From Nemertoderma westbladi (taxonomy: Eukaryota > Animalia > Xenacoelomorpha): DNA of 64,000 bases. How positions within the stretch are numbered: the stretch's first letter is position 1; each line of letters begins with the position of its first letter. The DNA lies in assembly GCA_032718475.1 (NCBI GenBank), contig JAUCBJ010002985.1, forward strand, positions 37,533 through 101,532, written 5' to 3'. The translations under genes and the position numbers were made by a program. Below the pieces are notes generated by a model. That model worked only from the letters and a program-made list of their open reading frames with translations. It was not told the origin of the DNA and ran no database searches. This document shows, in pieces, positions 23,452 through 38,400 of the stretch.

Positions 23452-23956
23452 GAATGATGATGAGTCAGGTCAGGTCAGGTCCCCAGATCCTGCTACCACT
23501 ATGGCAGTAATGTGGTACTACCTGTACCTGTCAGCCCAGTAGGTAGGCCCGATAAGCATAGCCTATTCATTATTTAGTTGATCAAGAGTGGGTTGGTTTA
23601 GCCCCGTCAACTAAATAAGTCATCGAGGGCTATAGCGACTAGGGCACCATTGAAGGCAAAGGCTTGATACGCATCTGCATTAGAGATGATACACGCCCCG
23701 CCCTGTCTATACTGGATGCTCTTCTCTCTACCAGTGTTGGGTAACCTAACCCAGGAGGCACACTTGGTTCAGGGTGTAACAAATGGACCCCTGCAGTCGG
23801 CAGCAGGGCTGTAGGCCATGGATAGGCGGAAGGTAATCAACCAACGGCTATACATGCTAACACGGTCGGCGGAAGGTAATCAACCAACGGCGACCTACTG
23901 CGAAGACGCTTGTAGGAGTTGCGACCACAAGCGGTTTACTCCCGCAACAGAAAGAT

Positions 23957-24439
23957 ATGAGTATGAGAACCCTCCAGGAGAAATACCGGCTCGTTCGTCG
24001 CCCGGGTCAAGAAGGACCGCGTCCCTCAGTGGTACACCAGGCTGGGGTCGATAAATTGGCTACTGGAACAGAAGACAGCGAAGAAAGAAGAACCAGCCTG
24101 TTGAAATGTAAAAAGACACTAAAGATTGCTACAATAAACGCACGCACGCTGAAAGCACATACCAAACAGGGTGACATGGTCGCTCTGGCAATGGAATATA
24201 ACATCGACATCATCTGCATCCAAGAACATCGGATTTGTCATGAAGACACTGCGATGAAGTACAATGGCATTGGAAATGGATGGACGTTAGTAACAAGCTC
24301 AGCAGTAAGAAACTCGGCCAATGCATCAATTGGTGGAGAAGGAATTCTGCTAAGCCCATTTGCACTTAAGACCCTAAACAACATCGAATCTATAAATTCT
24401 AGGGTTATGATCGCAACATTTGATGGGAGTCCACATTAG
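23957..24439 (+). pseudogene. AP-endonuclease N-terminal fragment of the RTE ORF
   Basis: LKIATINARTL, IDIICIQEHR, GGEGILLS, INSRVMIATF. Confidence 0.88.
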
Positions 24440-25311
24440 CACCATTGCTATTTGTAATTGTGCTGGATTACGCAATGAGGACGGCCACAAAGGGTGAAGA
24501 TCTGGGATTCACACTTCAAGAACGCAGAAGTAGTAGATATCCGGCAACTACAGTCACAGACACAGACTTTGCGGATGACATCGCCCTGCTCTCTAATACG
24601 CTAGCAGATGCACAGCTTCTACTAAATAAAGTGGAGAGGGCTGCTAAGGAGGTTGGATTGCATATAAATGCTACAAAGACCGAATTCATGACCTTTAATG
24701 TTGATGGAAACTTGACAACCATTGATAATAATCAACTAAGGAAGGTCGATGACTTCCAGTACCTTGGATCATGGATAGAGAGTAGCAAAAAGGACATAGA
24801 AGTTAGGAAAACAAAGGCTTCGGTAGCTCTATCAAAAATGGATACCATCTGGAAATCAGATCTCTCCAGGCACCTGAAGACTAAGTTCTTTCGAGCCACA
24901 GTGGAAAGTGTATTTTTATACGGGGGTGAGACCTGGACACTGACTAAATCACTTGAACAACAAATTGATGGTTGCTACACAAGACTACTAAGGGCAGCCC
25001 TAAACATCAGCTGGAAACAACACATGACAAATGCCGAGCTTTATGGTACAATACCACATGTATCAACAACCCTCCGTGAACGCAGATTAAGATTCAGTGG
25101 GCACTGCTGGCGAAGTAAAGACGAGGTCATACCAGATCTACTTCTCTGGCAACCAACTCATGGAAAGCGTAGTCGTGGACGACCGGCCATAACATATATA
25201 GATCAACTTGAAAGGGATACTGAACTTGGGAGAAACGAAATTGCGACAACTATGGAAAATCGGGAAGGCTGGAAGGATCTCATTTCCACTGTCCGAGTTA
25301 GCTCAACCTAG
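24433..25311 (+). pseudogene. Reverse transcriptase C-terminal part of the RTE ORF
   Basis: TLAPLLFVIVLDY, FADDIALL, GLHINATKTE, FQYLGS, LYGGETWTL, RRLRFSGHC, GRP. Confidence 0.92.
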
Positions 25312-25320
25312 TAGTAGTAG

Positions 25321-25665
25321 TATAACATCACAGAACTTCACGAAGTATATACATCACAGAACTTCGCGAAGTATATATACATCACAGAACTTTACGAAGT
25401 ATAGATCACAGAACTTCACGAAGTATACATCACAGAACTTCACGAAGTATACATCACAGAACTTCACGAAGTATAACATCACAGAACTTCACGAAATAAT
25501 ATACATCACAGAACTTCACGAAGTATACATCAAAGAACTTCACGAAGTATATATACATCACAGAACTTCACGAAGTATACATCAAAGAAGTTCACGAAGT
25601 ATATATACATCACAGAACTTCACGAAGTAGGCCTATGCATCACAGAATTTCACGGAGTATACATC
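25321..25665. repeat. Minisatellite with 23-27-bp unit, right part
   Basis: The same unit resumes directly after the RTE tail. Confidence 0.97.
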
Positions 25666-26449
25666 GCTGAAAAGTTTATAATTGTTGCGGGGGTGGTGAG
25701 GAGATTTATCGCCCAGTTTAAAAAAGGTTGGTGTATAATTATGGGTCAATATTTGGGGTATCGTCAGGACCAAAATATAAACTCAAATACATAAAGACCA
25801 GTACTACTAACACTACTAACAAGTATAGTTAAAAACTGCAACGCCCTCAAGTCGGCTTGTCGCCACCTTACCACTTTTTTATGGCTGATCGAGTAATTTG
25901 GGACGGCGTGTCATATGTACAGTAGACCAATTCATTGGGCTTTAAATTCTTTGCATGGAGCTTCGGATGCTAAATACTACTAACTAATTTATTTTTAATA
26001 TTATTATTTGTATCACAAGCCATTTTTACAATTTTTTTGTAGGTGAACTACATATTAAGTGGTTTCTTCTTATAAAATTGAACCGTTGTGAAATCCACAG
26101 CAAGCTAGAGGGGCGTCTAGACGCAAACACGATCTCGGTGAATTAATTTATCGCCTCTATGATAAACTATAAACTAAGGGAGAGGAACAAGTTACAGTAG
26201 CACGTTATTGTATGCAAAACAATAAATAATATCAATATCACAGGTTACATCGTATTTTTTGTTATGGTAATCAGCTGTTATTTACGTCGATTTTCTCCTG
26301 GAAAGGGATGAATTTTGATTTCGCCGGAAGTCCCCCCCACTCCTATATAGGATCAGCGTCTGTATACCACTACCGTCTTTATACACAATCAATCATATAA
26401 AGATAGCAGATCTTGCGAGTATAATTAATTAGTTATCTATTGTAGTTGT

Positions 26450-29400
26450 AGACCTACACGGAGACCTACCTACAATACTTATTGGAGATCCGATACTGTT
26501 GGTGTCACTGCGACCTACAATACTTACTGGAGATCCTTTACTGTGGGTGTCACTGAGACCTACAATACTTACTAGAGATCCGTTACTGTGGGTGGCACGG
26601 AGACCTACAATACTTACAGGAGATCCGTTACTGTGGGTGTCACAGAGACCTACAATACTTACTAGAGATCCGTTACTGTGGGTGGCACGGAGACCTACAA
26701 TACTTACTGGAGATCCGTTATTGTGGGTGTCACAGAGACCTACAATACTTACTGGAGATCCGTTACTGTGGGTGGCACGGAGACCTACAATACTTACTGG
26801 AGATCCTTTACTGTGGGTGGCACGGAGACCTACAATACTTCCTGGAGATCCGTTACTGTGGGTGGCTCGGAGACCTACAATACTTACTGGAGATCCGTTA
26901 CTGTGGGTGGCTCGGAGACCTACAATACTTACTGGAGATCCGTTACTGTGGGTGGCACGGAGACCTACAATACTTACTGGAGATCCGTTACTGTGGGTGG
27001 CACGGAGACCTTCAATACTTACTGGAGATCCTTTACTGTGGGTGGCACGGAGACCTACAATACTTACTGGAGATCCGTTACTGTGGGTGGCACGAAGACC
27101 TACAATACTTACTGGATATCCGTTACTGTGGGTGGCACGGATACCTACAATACTTACTGGATATCCGTTACTGTGGGTGGCACGGATACCTACAATACTT
27201 ACTGGATATCCGTTACTGTGGGTGGCACGGAGACCTACAATACTTACTGGAGATCCGTTACTGTGGGTGGCACGGAGACCTACAATACTTACTGGAGATC
27301 CGTTACTGTGGGTGTCACAGAGACCTACAATACTTACTGGAGATCCGTTACTGAGGGTGACACGGAGACCTACAATACTTACTGGAGATCCGTTACTGTG
27401 GGTGTCACAGAGACCTACAATACTTACTAGAGATCCGTTACTGTGGGTGGCACGGAGACCTACAATACTTACTGGATATCCGTTACTGTGGGTGGCACGG
27501 ATACCTACAATACTTACTGGATATCCGTTACTGTGGGTGTCACAGAGACCTACAATACTTACTGGAGATCCTTTACTGTGGGTGTCACAGAGACCTACAA
27601 TACTTACTGGAGATCCGTTACTGTGGGTGGCACGGAGACCTACAATACTTACTGGAGATCCGTTACTGTGGGTGGCACGGATACCTACAATACTTACTGG
27701 ATATCCGTTACTGTGGGTGGCACGGAGACCTACAATACTTACTGGAGATCCTTTACTGTGGGTGGCACGGAGACCTACAATACTTACTGTGGGTGGCACG
27801 GAGACCTACAATACTTACTGGAGATCCGTTACTGTGGGTGGCACGGAGACCTACAATACTTACTGGAGATCCGTTACTGTGGGTGTCGCGGAGACCTACA
27901 ATACTTACTGGAGATCCGTTACTGTGGGTGGCACGGAGACCTACAATACTTACTGGAGATAAGTTACTGTGGGTGGCACGGAGACCTACAATACTTACTA
28001 GAGATCCGTTACTGTGGGTGGCACGGAGACCTACAATACTTACTAGAGATCCGTTACTGTGGGTGGCACGGAGACCTACAATACTTACTGGATATCCGTT
28101 ACTGTGGGTGGCACGGATACCTACAATACTTACTGGATATCCGTTACTGTGGGTGGCACGGATACCTACAATACTTACTGGATATCCGTTACTGTGGGTG
28201 GCACGGAGACCTTCAATACTTACTGGAGATCCTTTACTGTGGGTGGCACGGAGACCTACAATACTTACTGTGGGTGTCACAGAGACCTACAATACTTACT
28301 GGAGATCCGTTACTGTGGGTGTCACAGAGACCTACAATACTTACTAGAGATCCGTTACTGTGGGTGGCACGGAGACCTACAATACTTACTGGAGATCCGT
28401 TATTGTGGGTGTCACAGAGACCTACAATACTTACTGGAGATCCGTTACTGTGGGTGGCACGGAGACCTACAATACTTACTGGAGATCCTTTACTGTGGGT
28501 GGCACGGAGACCTACAATACTTACTGGAGATCCGTTACTGTGGGTGGCTCGGAGACCTACAATACTTACTGGAGATCCGTTACTGTGGGTGGCTCGGAGA
28601 CCTACAATACTTACTGGAGATCCGTTACTGTGGGTGGCACGGAGACCTACAATACTTACTGGAGATCCGTTACTGTGGGTGGCACGGAGACCTTCAATAC
28701 TTACTGGAGATCCTTTACTGTGGGTGGCACGGAGACCTACAATACTTACTGGAGATCCGTTACTGTGGGTGGCACGGAGACCTACAATACTTACTGGATA
28801 TCCGTTACTGTGGGTGGCACGGATACCTACAATACTTACTGGATATCCGTTACTGTGGGTGGCACGGATACCTACAATACTTACTGGATATCCGTTACTG
28901 TGGGTGGCACGGAGACCTACAATACTTACTGGAGATCCGTTACTGTGGGTGTCACGGAGACCTACAATACTTACTGGAGATCCGTTACTGAGGGTGACAC
29001 GGAGACCTACAATACTTACTGGAGATCCGTTGCTGTGGGTGTCACAGAGACCTACAATACTTACTAGAGATCCGTTACTGTGGGTGGCACGGAGACCTAC
29101 AATACTTACTGGAGATCCGTTACTGTGGGTGTCACAGAGACCTACAATACTTACTGGAGATCCGTTACTGTGGGTGGCACGGAGACCTACAATACTTACT
29201 GGAGATCCGTTACTGTGGGTGGCACGGAGACCTACAATACTTACTGGAGATCCGTTACTGTGGGTGGCACGGAGACCTTCAATACTTACTGGAGATCCTT
29301 TACTGTGGGTGGCACGGAGACCTACAATACTTACTGTGGGTGGCACGGAGACCTACAATACTTACTGGAGATCCGTTACTGTGGGTGGCACGGAGACCTA

Positions 29401-32400
29401 CAATACTTACTGGAGATACGTTACTGTGGGTGTCGCGGAGACCTACAATACTTACTGGAGATCCGTTACTGTGGGTGGCACGGAGACCTACAATACTTAC
29501 TGGAGATAAGTTACTGTGGGTGGCACGGAGACCTACAATACTTACTAGAGATCCGTTACTGTGGGTGGCACGGAGACCTACAATACTTACTGGATATCCG
29601 TTACTGTGGGTGGTACGGAGACCTACAATACTTACTGGAGATCCGCTACTGTGGGTGTCACTGAGACCTACAATACTTACTGGAGATCCGTTACTGTGGG
29701 TGGCACGGAGACCTACAATACTTACTAGAGATCCGTTACTGTGGGTGGCACGGAGACCTACAATACTTACTGTGGGTGGCACGGAGACCTACAATACTTA
29801 CTGTGGGTGGCACGGAGACCTACAATACTTACTGGAGATCCGTTACTGTGGGTGGCACGGAGACCTACAATACTTACTGGAGATAAGTTACTGTGGGTGG
29901 CACGGAGACCTACAATACTTACTAGAGATCCGTTACTGTGGGTGGCACGGAGACCTACAATACTTACTGGATATCCGTTACTGTGGGTGGTACGGAGACC
30001 TACAATACTTACTGGAGATCCGCTACTGTGGGTGTCACTGAGACCTACAATACTTACTGGAGATCCGTTACTGTGGGTGGCACGGAGACCTACAATACTT
30101 ACTAGAGATCCGTTACTGTGGGTGGCACGGAGACCTAAAATACTTACTGGAGATCCGTTACTGTGGGTGGCACGGAGACCTACATTACTTACTAGAGATC
30201 CGTTACTGTGGGTGGCACGGAGACCTACAATACTTACTGAAGATTCGTTACTGTGGGTGTCACAGAGACCTACAATACTTACTGGAGATCCGTTGCTGTG
30301 GGTGGCACGGAGACCTACAATACTTACTAGAGATCCGTTACTGTGGGTGGCACGGAGACCTACATTACTTACTAGAGATCCGTTACTGTGGGTGGCACGG
30401 AGACCTACAATACTTACTGAAGATTCGTTACTGTGGGTGTCACAGAGACCTACAATACTTACTGGAGATCCGTTACTGTGGGTGGCACGGAGACCTACAA
30501 TACTTACTAGAGATCCGTTACTGTGGGTGGCACGGAAACCTACAATACTTACTGGATATCCGTTACTGTGGGTGGCACGGAGACCTACAATACTTACTGG
30601 AGATCCGTTACTGTGGGTGGCACGGAGACCTACAATACTTACTGGAGATCCGTTACTGTGGGTGGCACGGAGACCTACAATACTTACTAGAGATCCGTTA
30701 CTGTGGGTGTCACGGATACCTACAATACTTACTGGATATCCGTTACTGTGGGTGGCACGGATACCTACAATACTTACTGGATATCCGTTACTGTGGGTGG
30801 CACGGAGACCTACAATACTTACTGGAGATCCGTTACTGTGGGTGTCACGGAGACCTACAATACTTACTGGAGATCCGTTACTGAGGGTGACACGGAGACC
30901 TACAATACTTACTGGAGATCCGTTGCTGTGGGTGTCACAGAGACCTACAATACTTACTAGAGATCCGTTACTGTGGGTGGCACGGAGACCTACAATACTT
31001 ACTGGAGATCCGTTACTGTGGGTGTCACAGAGACCTACAATACTTACTGGAGATCCGTTACTGTGGGTGGCACGGAGACCTACAATACTTACTGGAGATC
31101 CGTTACTGTGGGTGGCACGGAGACCTACAATACTTACTGGAGATCCGTTACTGTGGGTGGCACGGAGACCTTCAATACTTACTGGAGATCCTTTACTGTG
31201 GGTGGCACGGAGACCTACAATACTTACTGTGGGTGGCACGGAGACCTACAATACTTACTGGAGATCCGTTACTGTGGGTGGCACGGAGACCTACAATACT
31301 TACTGGAGATACGTTACTGTGGGTGTCGCGGAGACCTACAATACTTACTGGAGATCCGTTACTGTGGGTGGCACGGAGACCTACAATACTTACTGGAGAT
31401 AAGTTACTGTGGGTGGCACGGAGACCTACAATACTTACTAGAGATCCGTTACTGTGGGTGGCACGGAGACCTACAATACTTACTGGATATCCGTTACTGT
31501 GGGTGGTACGGAGACCTACAATACTTACTGGAGATCCGCTACTGTGGGTGTCACTGAGACCTACAATACTTACTGGAGATCCGTTACTGTGGGTGGCACG
31601 GAGACCTACAATACTTACTAGAGATCCGTTACTGTGGGTGGCACGGAGACCTACAATACTTACTGTGGGTGGCACGGAGACCTACAATACTTACTGTGGG
31701 TGGCACGGAGACCTACAATACTTACTGGAGATCCGTTACTGTGGGTGGCACGGAGACCTACAATACTTACTGGAGATAAGTTACTGTGGGTGGCACGGAG
31801 ACCTACAATACTTACTAGAGATCCGTTACTGTGGGTGGCACGGAGACCTACAATACTTACTGGATATCCGTTACTGTGGGTGGTACGGAGACCTACAATA
31901 CTTACTGGAGATCCGCTACTGTGGGTGTCACTGAGACCTACAATACTTACTGGAGATCCGTTACTGTGGGTGGCACGGAGACCTACAATACTTACTAGAG
32001 ATCCGTTACTGTGGGTGGCACGGAGACCTACAATACTTACTGGAGATCCGTTACTGTGGGTGGCACGGAGACCTACATTACTTACTAGAGATCCGTTACT
32101 GTGGGTGGCACGGAGACCTACAATACTTACTGAAGATTCGTTACTGTGGGTGTCACAGAGACCTACAATACTTACTGGAGATCCGTTGCTGTGGGTGGCA
32201 CGGAGACCTACAATACTTACTAGAGATCCGTTACTGTGGGTGGCACGGAGACCTACATTACTTACTAGAGATCCGTTACTGTGGGTGGCACGGAGACCTA
32301 CAATACTTACTGAAGATTCGTTACTGTGGGTGTCACAGAGACCTACAATACTTACTGGAGATCCGTTACTGTGGGTGGCACGGAGACCTACAATACTTAC

Positions 32401-35400
32401 TAGAGATCCGTTACTGTGGGTGGCACGGAAACCTACAATACTTACTGGATATCCGTTACTGTGGGTGGCACGGAGACCTACAATACTTACTGGAGATCCG
32501 TTACTGTGGGTGGCACGGAGACCTACAATACTTACTGGAGATCCGTTACTGTGGGTGGCACGGAGACCTACAATACTTACTAGAGATCCGTTACTGTGGG
32601 TGTCACGGAGACCTACAATACTTACTGGAGATCCGTTACTGAGGGTGACACGGAGACCTACAATACTTACTGGAGATCCGTTACTGTGGGTGGCACGGAG
32701 ACCTTCAATACTTACTGGAGATCCTTTACTGTGGGTGGCACGGAGACCTACAATACTTACTGGAGATCCGTTACTGTGGGTGGCACGAAGACCTACAATA
32801 CTTACTGGATATCCGTTACTGTGGGTGGCACGGATACCTACAATACTTACTGGATATCCGTTACTGTGGGTGGCACGGATACCTACAATACTTACTGGAT
32901 ATCCGTTACTGTGGGTGGCACGGAGACCTACAATACTTACTGGAGATCCGTTACTGTGGGTGTCACGGAGACCTACAATACTTACTGGAGATCCGTTACT
33001 GAGGGTGACACGGAGACCTACAATACTTACTGGAGATCCGTTACTGTGGGTGGCTCGGAGACCTACAATACTTACTGGAGATCCGTTACTGTGGGTGGCT
33101 CGGAGACCTACAATACTTACTGGAGATCCGTTACTGTGGGTGGCACGGAGACCTACAATACTTACTGGAGATCCGTTACTGTGGGTGGCACGGAGACCTT
33201 CAATACTTACTGGAGATCCTTTACTGTGGGTGGCACGGAGACCTACAATACTTACTGGAGATCCGTTACTGTGGGTGGCACGGAGACCTACAATACTTAC
33301 TGGATATCCGTTACTGTGGGTGGCACGGATACCTACAATACTTACTGGATATCCGTTACTGTGGGTGGCACGGATACCTACAATACTTACTGGATATCCG
33401 TTACTGTGGGTGGCACGGAGACCTACAATACTTACTGGAGATCCGTTACTGTGGGTGTCACGGAGACCTACAATACTTACTGGAGATCCGTTACTGAGGG
33501 TGACACGGAGACCTACAATACTTACTGGAGATCCGTTGCTGTGGGTGTCACAGAGACCTACAATACTTACTAGAGATCCGTTACTGTGGGTGGCACGGAG
33601 ACCTACAATACTTACTGGAGATCCGTTACTGTGGGTGTCACAGAGACCTACAATACTTGCTGGAGATCCGTTACTGTGGGTGGCACGGAGACCTACAATA
33701 CTTACTGGAGATCCGTTACTGTGGGTGGCACGGAGACCTACAATACTTACTGGAGATCCGTTACTGTGGGTGGCACGGAGACCTTCAATACTTACTGGAG
33801 ATCCTTTACTGTGGGTGGCACGGAGACCTACAATACTTACTGTGGGTGGCACGGAGACCTACAATACTTACTGGAGATCCGTTACTGTGGGTGGCACGGA
33901 GATCTACAATACTTACTGGAGATACGTTACTGTGGGTGTCGCGGAGACCTACAATACTTACTGGAGATCCGTTACTGTGGGTGGCACGGAGACCTACAAT
34001 ACTTACTGGAGATAAGTTACTGTGGGTGGCACGGAGACCTACAATACTTACTAGAGATCCGTTACTGTGGGTGGCACGGAGACCTACAATACTTACTGGA
34101 TATCCGTTACTGTGGGTGGTACGGAGACCTACAATACTTACTGGAGATCCGCTACTGTGGGTGTCACTGAGACCTACAATACTTACTGGAGATCCGTTAC
34201 TGTGGGTGGCACGGAGACCTACAATACTTACTAGAGATCCGTTACTGTGGGTGGCACGGAGACCTACAATACTTACTGTGGGTGGCACGGAGACCTACAA
34301 TACTTACTGTGGGTGGCACGGAGACCTACAATACTTACTGGAGATCCGTTACTGTGGGTGGCACGGAGACCTACAATACTTACTGGAGATAAGTTACTGT
34401 GGGTGGCACGGAGACCTACAATACTTACTAGAGATCCGTTACTGTGGGTGGCACGGAGACCTACAATACTTACTGGATATCCGTTACTGTGGGTGGTACG
34501 GAGACCTACAATACTTACTGGAGATCCGCTACTGTGGGTGTCACTGAGACCTACAATACTTACTGGAGATCCGTTACTGTGGGTGGCACGGAGACCTACA
34601 ATACTTACTAGAGATCCGTTACTGTGGGTGGCACGGAGACCTACAATACTTACTGGAGATCCGTTACTGTGGGTGGCACGGAGACCTACATTACTTACTA
34701 GAGATCCGTTACTGTGGGTGGCACGGAGACCTACAATACTTACTGAAGATTCGTTACTGTGGGTGTCACAGAGACCTACAATACTTACTGGAGATCCGTT
34801 ACTGTGGGTGGCACGGAGACCTACAATACTTACTAGAGATCCGTTACTGTGGGTGGCACGGAGACCTACATTACTTACTAGAGATCCGTTACTGTGGGTG
34901 GCACGGAGACCTACAATACTTACTGAAGATTCGTTACTGTGGGTGTCACAGAGACCTACAATACTTACTGGAGATCCGTTACTGTGGGTGGCACGGAGAC
35001 CTACAATACTTACTAGAGATCCGTTACTGTGGGTGGCACGGAAACCTACAATACTTACTGGATATCCGTTACTGTGGGTGGCACGGAGACCTACAATACT
35101 TACTGGAGATCCGTTACTGTGGGTGGCACGGAGACCTACAATACTTACTGGAGATCCGTTACTGTGGGTGGCACGGAGACCTACAATACTTACTAGAGAT
35201 CCGTTACTGTGGGTGGCACGGAGACCTACAATACTTACTAAAGATCCGTTACTGTGGGTGGCACTGAGACCTACAATACTTACTGGAGATCCGTTACTGT
35301 GGGTGGCACGGAGACCTACAATACTTACTAGAGATCCTTTACTGTGGGTGGCACGGAGACCAGCAATACTTACTGGAGATCCTTTACTGTGGGTGGCACG

Positions 35401-38400
35401 GAGACCTACAATACTTACTGGAGATCCGTTACTGTGGGTGGCACGGAGACCTACAATACTTACTGGATATCCGTTACTGTGGGTGGCACGGAAACCTACA
35501 ATACTTACTGGAGATCCGTTACTGTGGGTGTCACTGAGACCTACAATACTTACTAGAGATCCGTTACTGTGGGTGGCACGGAGACCTTCAATACTTACTG
35601 GAGATCCTTTACTGTGGGTGGCACGGAGACCAGCAATACTTACTGGATATCCGTTACTGTGGGTGGCACGGAGACCTACAATACTTACTGGAGATCCGTT
35701 ACTGTGGGTGGCACGGAGACCTACAATACTTACTGGATATCCGTTACTGTGGGTGTCACGGATACCTACAATACTTACTAGAGATCCGTTACTGTGGGTG
35801 GCACGGAGACCTACAATACTTACTGGAGATCCTTTACTGTGGGTGGCACGGATACCTACAATACTTACTAGAGATCCGTTACTGTGGGTGGCACGGAGAC
35901 CTTCAATACTTACTGGAGATCCTTTACTGTGGGTGGCACGGAGACCAGCAATACTTACTGGATATCCGTTACTGTGGGTGGCACGGAGACCTACAATACT
36001 TACTGGAGATCCGTTACTGTGGGTGGCACGGAGACCTACAATACTTACTGGATATCCGTTACTGTGGGTGTCACGGATACCTACAATACTTACTAGAGAT
36101 CCGTTACTGTGGGTGGCACGGAGACCTACAATACTTACTGGAGATCCGTTACTGTGGGTGGCACGGAGACCTACAATACTTACTGGATATCCGTTACTGT
36201 GGGTGTCACGGATACCTACAATACTTACTAGAGATCCGTTACTGTGGGTGGCACGGAGACCTACAATACTTACTAGAGATCCGTTACTGTGGGTGGCACG
36301 GAGACCTACAATACTTACTGGATATCCGTTACTGTGGGTGGCACGGAGACCTACAATACTTACTGGAGATCCGTTACTGTGGGTGGCACGGAGACCTACA
36401 ATACTTACTGGAGATCCGTTACTGTGGGTGGCACGGAGACCTACAATACTTACTGGAGATCCGTTACTGAGGGTGACACGGAGACCTACAATACTTACTG
36501 GAGATCCGTTGCTGTGGGTGTCACAGAGACCTACAATACTTACTGGAGATCCGTTACTGTGGGTGGCACGGAAACTTACAATACTTACTGGAGATCCGTT
36601 ACTGTGGGTGTCACTGAGACCTACAATACTTACTAGAGATCCGTTACTGTGGGTAGGACGGAGACCTACAATACTTACTGGAGATCCGTTACTGTGGGTG
36701 GCACGGAGACCTACAATACTTACTAGAGATCCGTTACTGTGGGTGTCACAGAGACCTACAATACTTACTGGAGATCCGTCACTGTGGGTGGCACGGAGAC
36801 CTACAATACTTACTGGATATCCGTTACTGTGGGTGGCACGGAGACCTACAATACTTACTGGAGATCCGTTACTGTGGGTGGCACGGAGACCTACAATACT
36901 TACTGGAGATCCGTTACTGTGGGTGGCACGCAGACCTACAATACTTACTGGAGATCCGTTACTGTGGGTGGCACGGAGACCTACAATACTTACTGGAGAT
37001 CCGTTACTGTGGGTGGCACGGAGACCTACAATACTTACTGGAGATCCGTTACTGTGGGTAGCACGGAGACCTACAATACTTACTGGAGATCCGTTACTGT
37101 GGGTAGCACGGAGACCTACATTACTTACTAGAGATCCGTTACTGTGGGTAGGACGGAGACCTACAATACTTACTGGAGATCCGTTACTGTGGGTGGCACG
37201 GAGACCTACAATACTTACTGGAGATCCGTTACTGTGGGTGGCACGGAGACCTACAATACTTACTGGAGATCCGTTACTGTGGGTAGCACGGAGACCTACA
37301 ATACTTACTGGAGATCCGTTACTGTGGGTAGCACGGAGACCTACAATACTTACAGGAGATCCGTTACTGTGGGTGGCACGGAGACCTACAATACTTACAG
37401 GAGATCCGTTACTGTGGGTGGTACGGAGACCAACAATACTTACAGGAGATCCTTTACTGTGGGTGGTACGGAGACCTACAATACTTACAGGAGATCCTTT
37501 ACTGTGGGTGGCACGGAGACCTACAATACTTACAGGAGATCCGTTACTGTGGGTGGCACGGAGACCTACAATACTTACAGGAGATCCGTTACTGTGGGTG
37601 GTACGGAGACCTACAATACTTACTGGAGATCCTTTACTGTGGGTGGCACGGAGACCTACATTACTTACAGGAGATCCGTTACTGTGGGTGGCACGGAGAC
37701 CTACAATACTTACAGGAGATCCGTTACTGTGGGTGGTACGGAGACCAACAATACTTACAGGAGATCCTTTACTGTGGGTGGTACGGAGACCTACAATACT
37801 TACAGGAGATCCTTTACTGTGGGTGGCACGGAGACCTACAATACTTACTGGAGATCCGTTACTGTGGGTGGCACGGAGACCTACAATACTTACTGGATAT
37901 CCGTTACTGTGGGTGTCACAGAGACCTACAATACTTACTGGAGATCCGTTACTGTGGGTGGCACGGAGACCTACAATACTTACTGGAGATCCTTTACTGT
38001 GGGTGGCACGGAGACCTACAATACTTACAGGAGATCCGTTACTGTGGGTGGCACGGAGACCTACAATACTTACAGGAGATCCGTTACTGTGGGTGGTACG
38101 GAGACCTACAATACTTACAGGAGATCCTTTACTGTGGGTGGCATGGAGACCTACAATACTTACTGGAGATCCGTTACTGTGGGTGGCACGGAGACCTACC
38201 TACAATACTTACTGGAGATCCGTTACTGTGGGTGGTACGGAGACCTACAATACTTACAGGAGATCCTTTACTGTGGGTGGCACGGAGACCTACAATACTT
38301 ACTGGAGATCCGTTACTGTGGGTGGCACGGAGACCTACCTACAATACTTACAGGAGATCCATTATTGTGGGTAGCACGGAGACCTACAATACTTACAGGA

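Larger units (their letters stand above)
23452..25320 (+). mobile_element. RTE-clade non-LTR retrotransposon with 5' UTR and a large internal deletion
   Basis: TSD (ag)tataacatcac at 23439-23451 and 25319-25331; (TAG)n tail after the stop; APE endonuclease N-terminus fused to RT C-terminus. Confidence 0.9.

Noticed and set aside
23452-23820. HDV-like ribozyme in the RTE 5' UTR (known from some RTEs)
   Set aside because: Hairpins are visible (e.g. ctgcta-ccacta-tggcag) but I could not build the nested double pseudoknot by eye. An Infernal or RNArobo search would decide.
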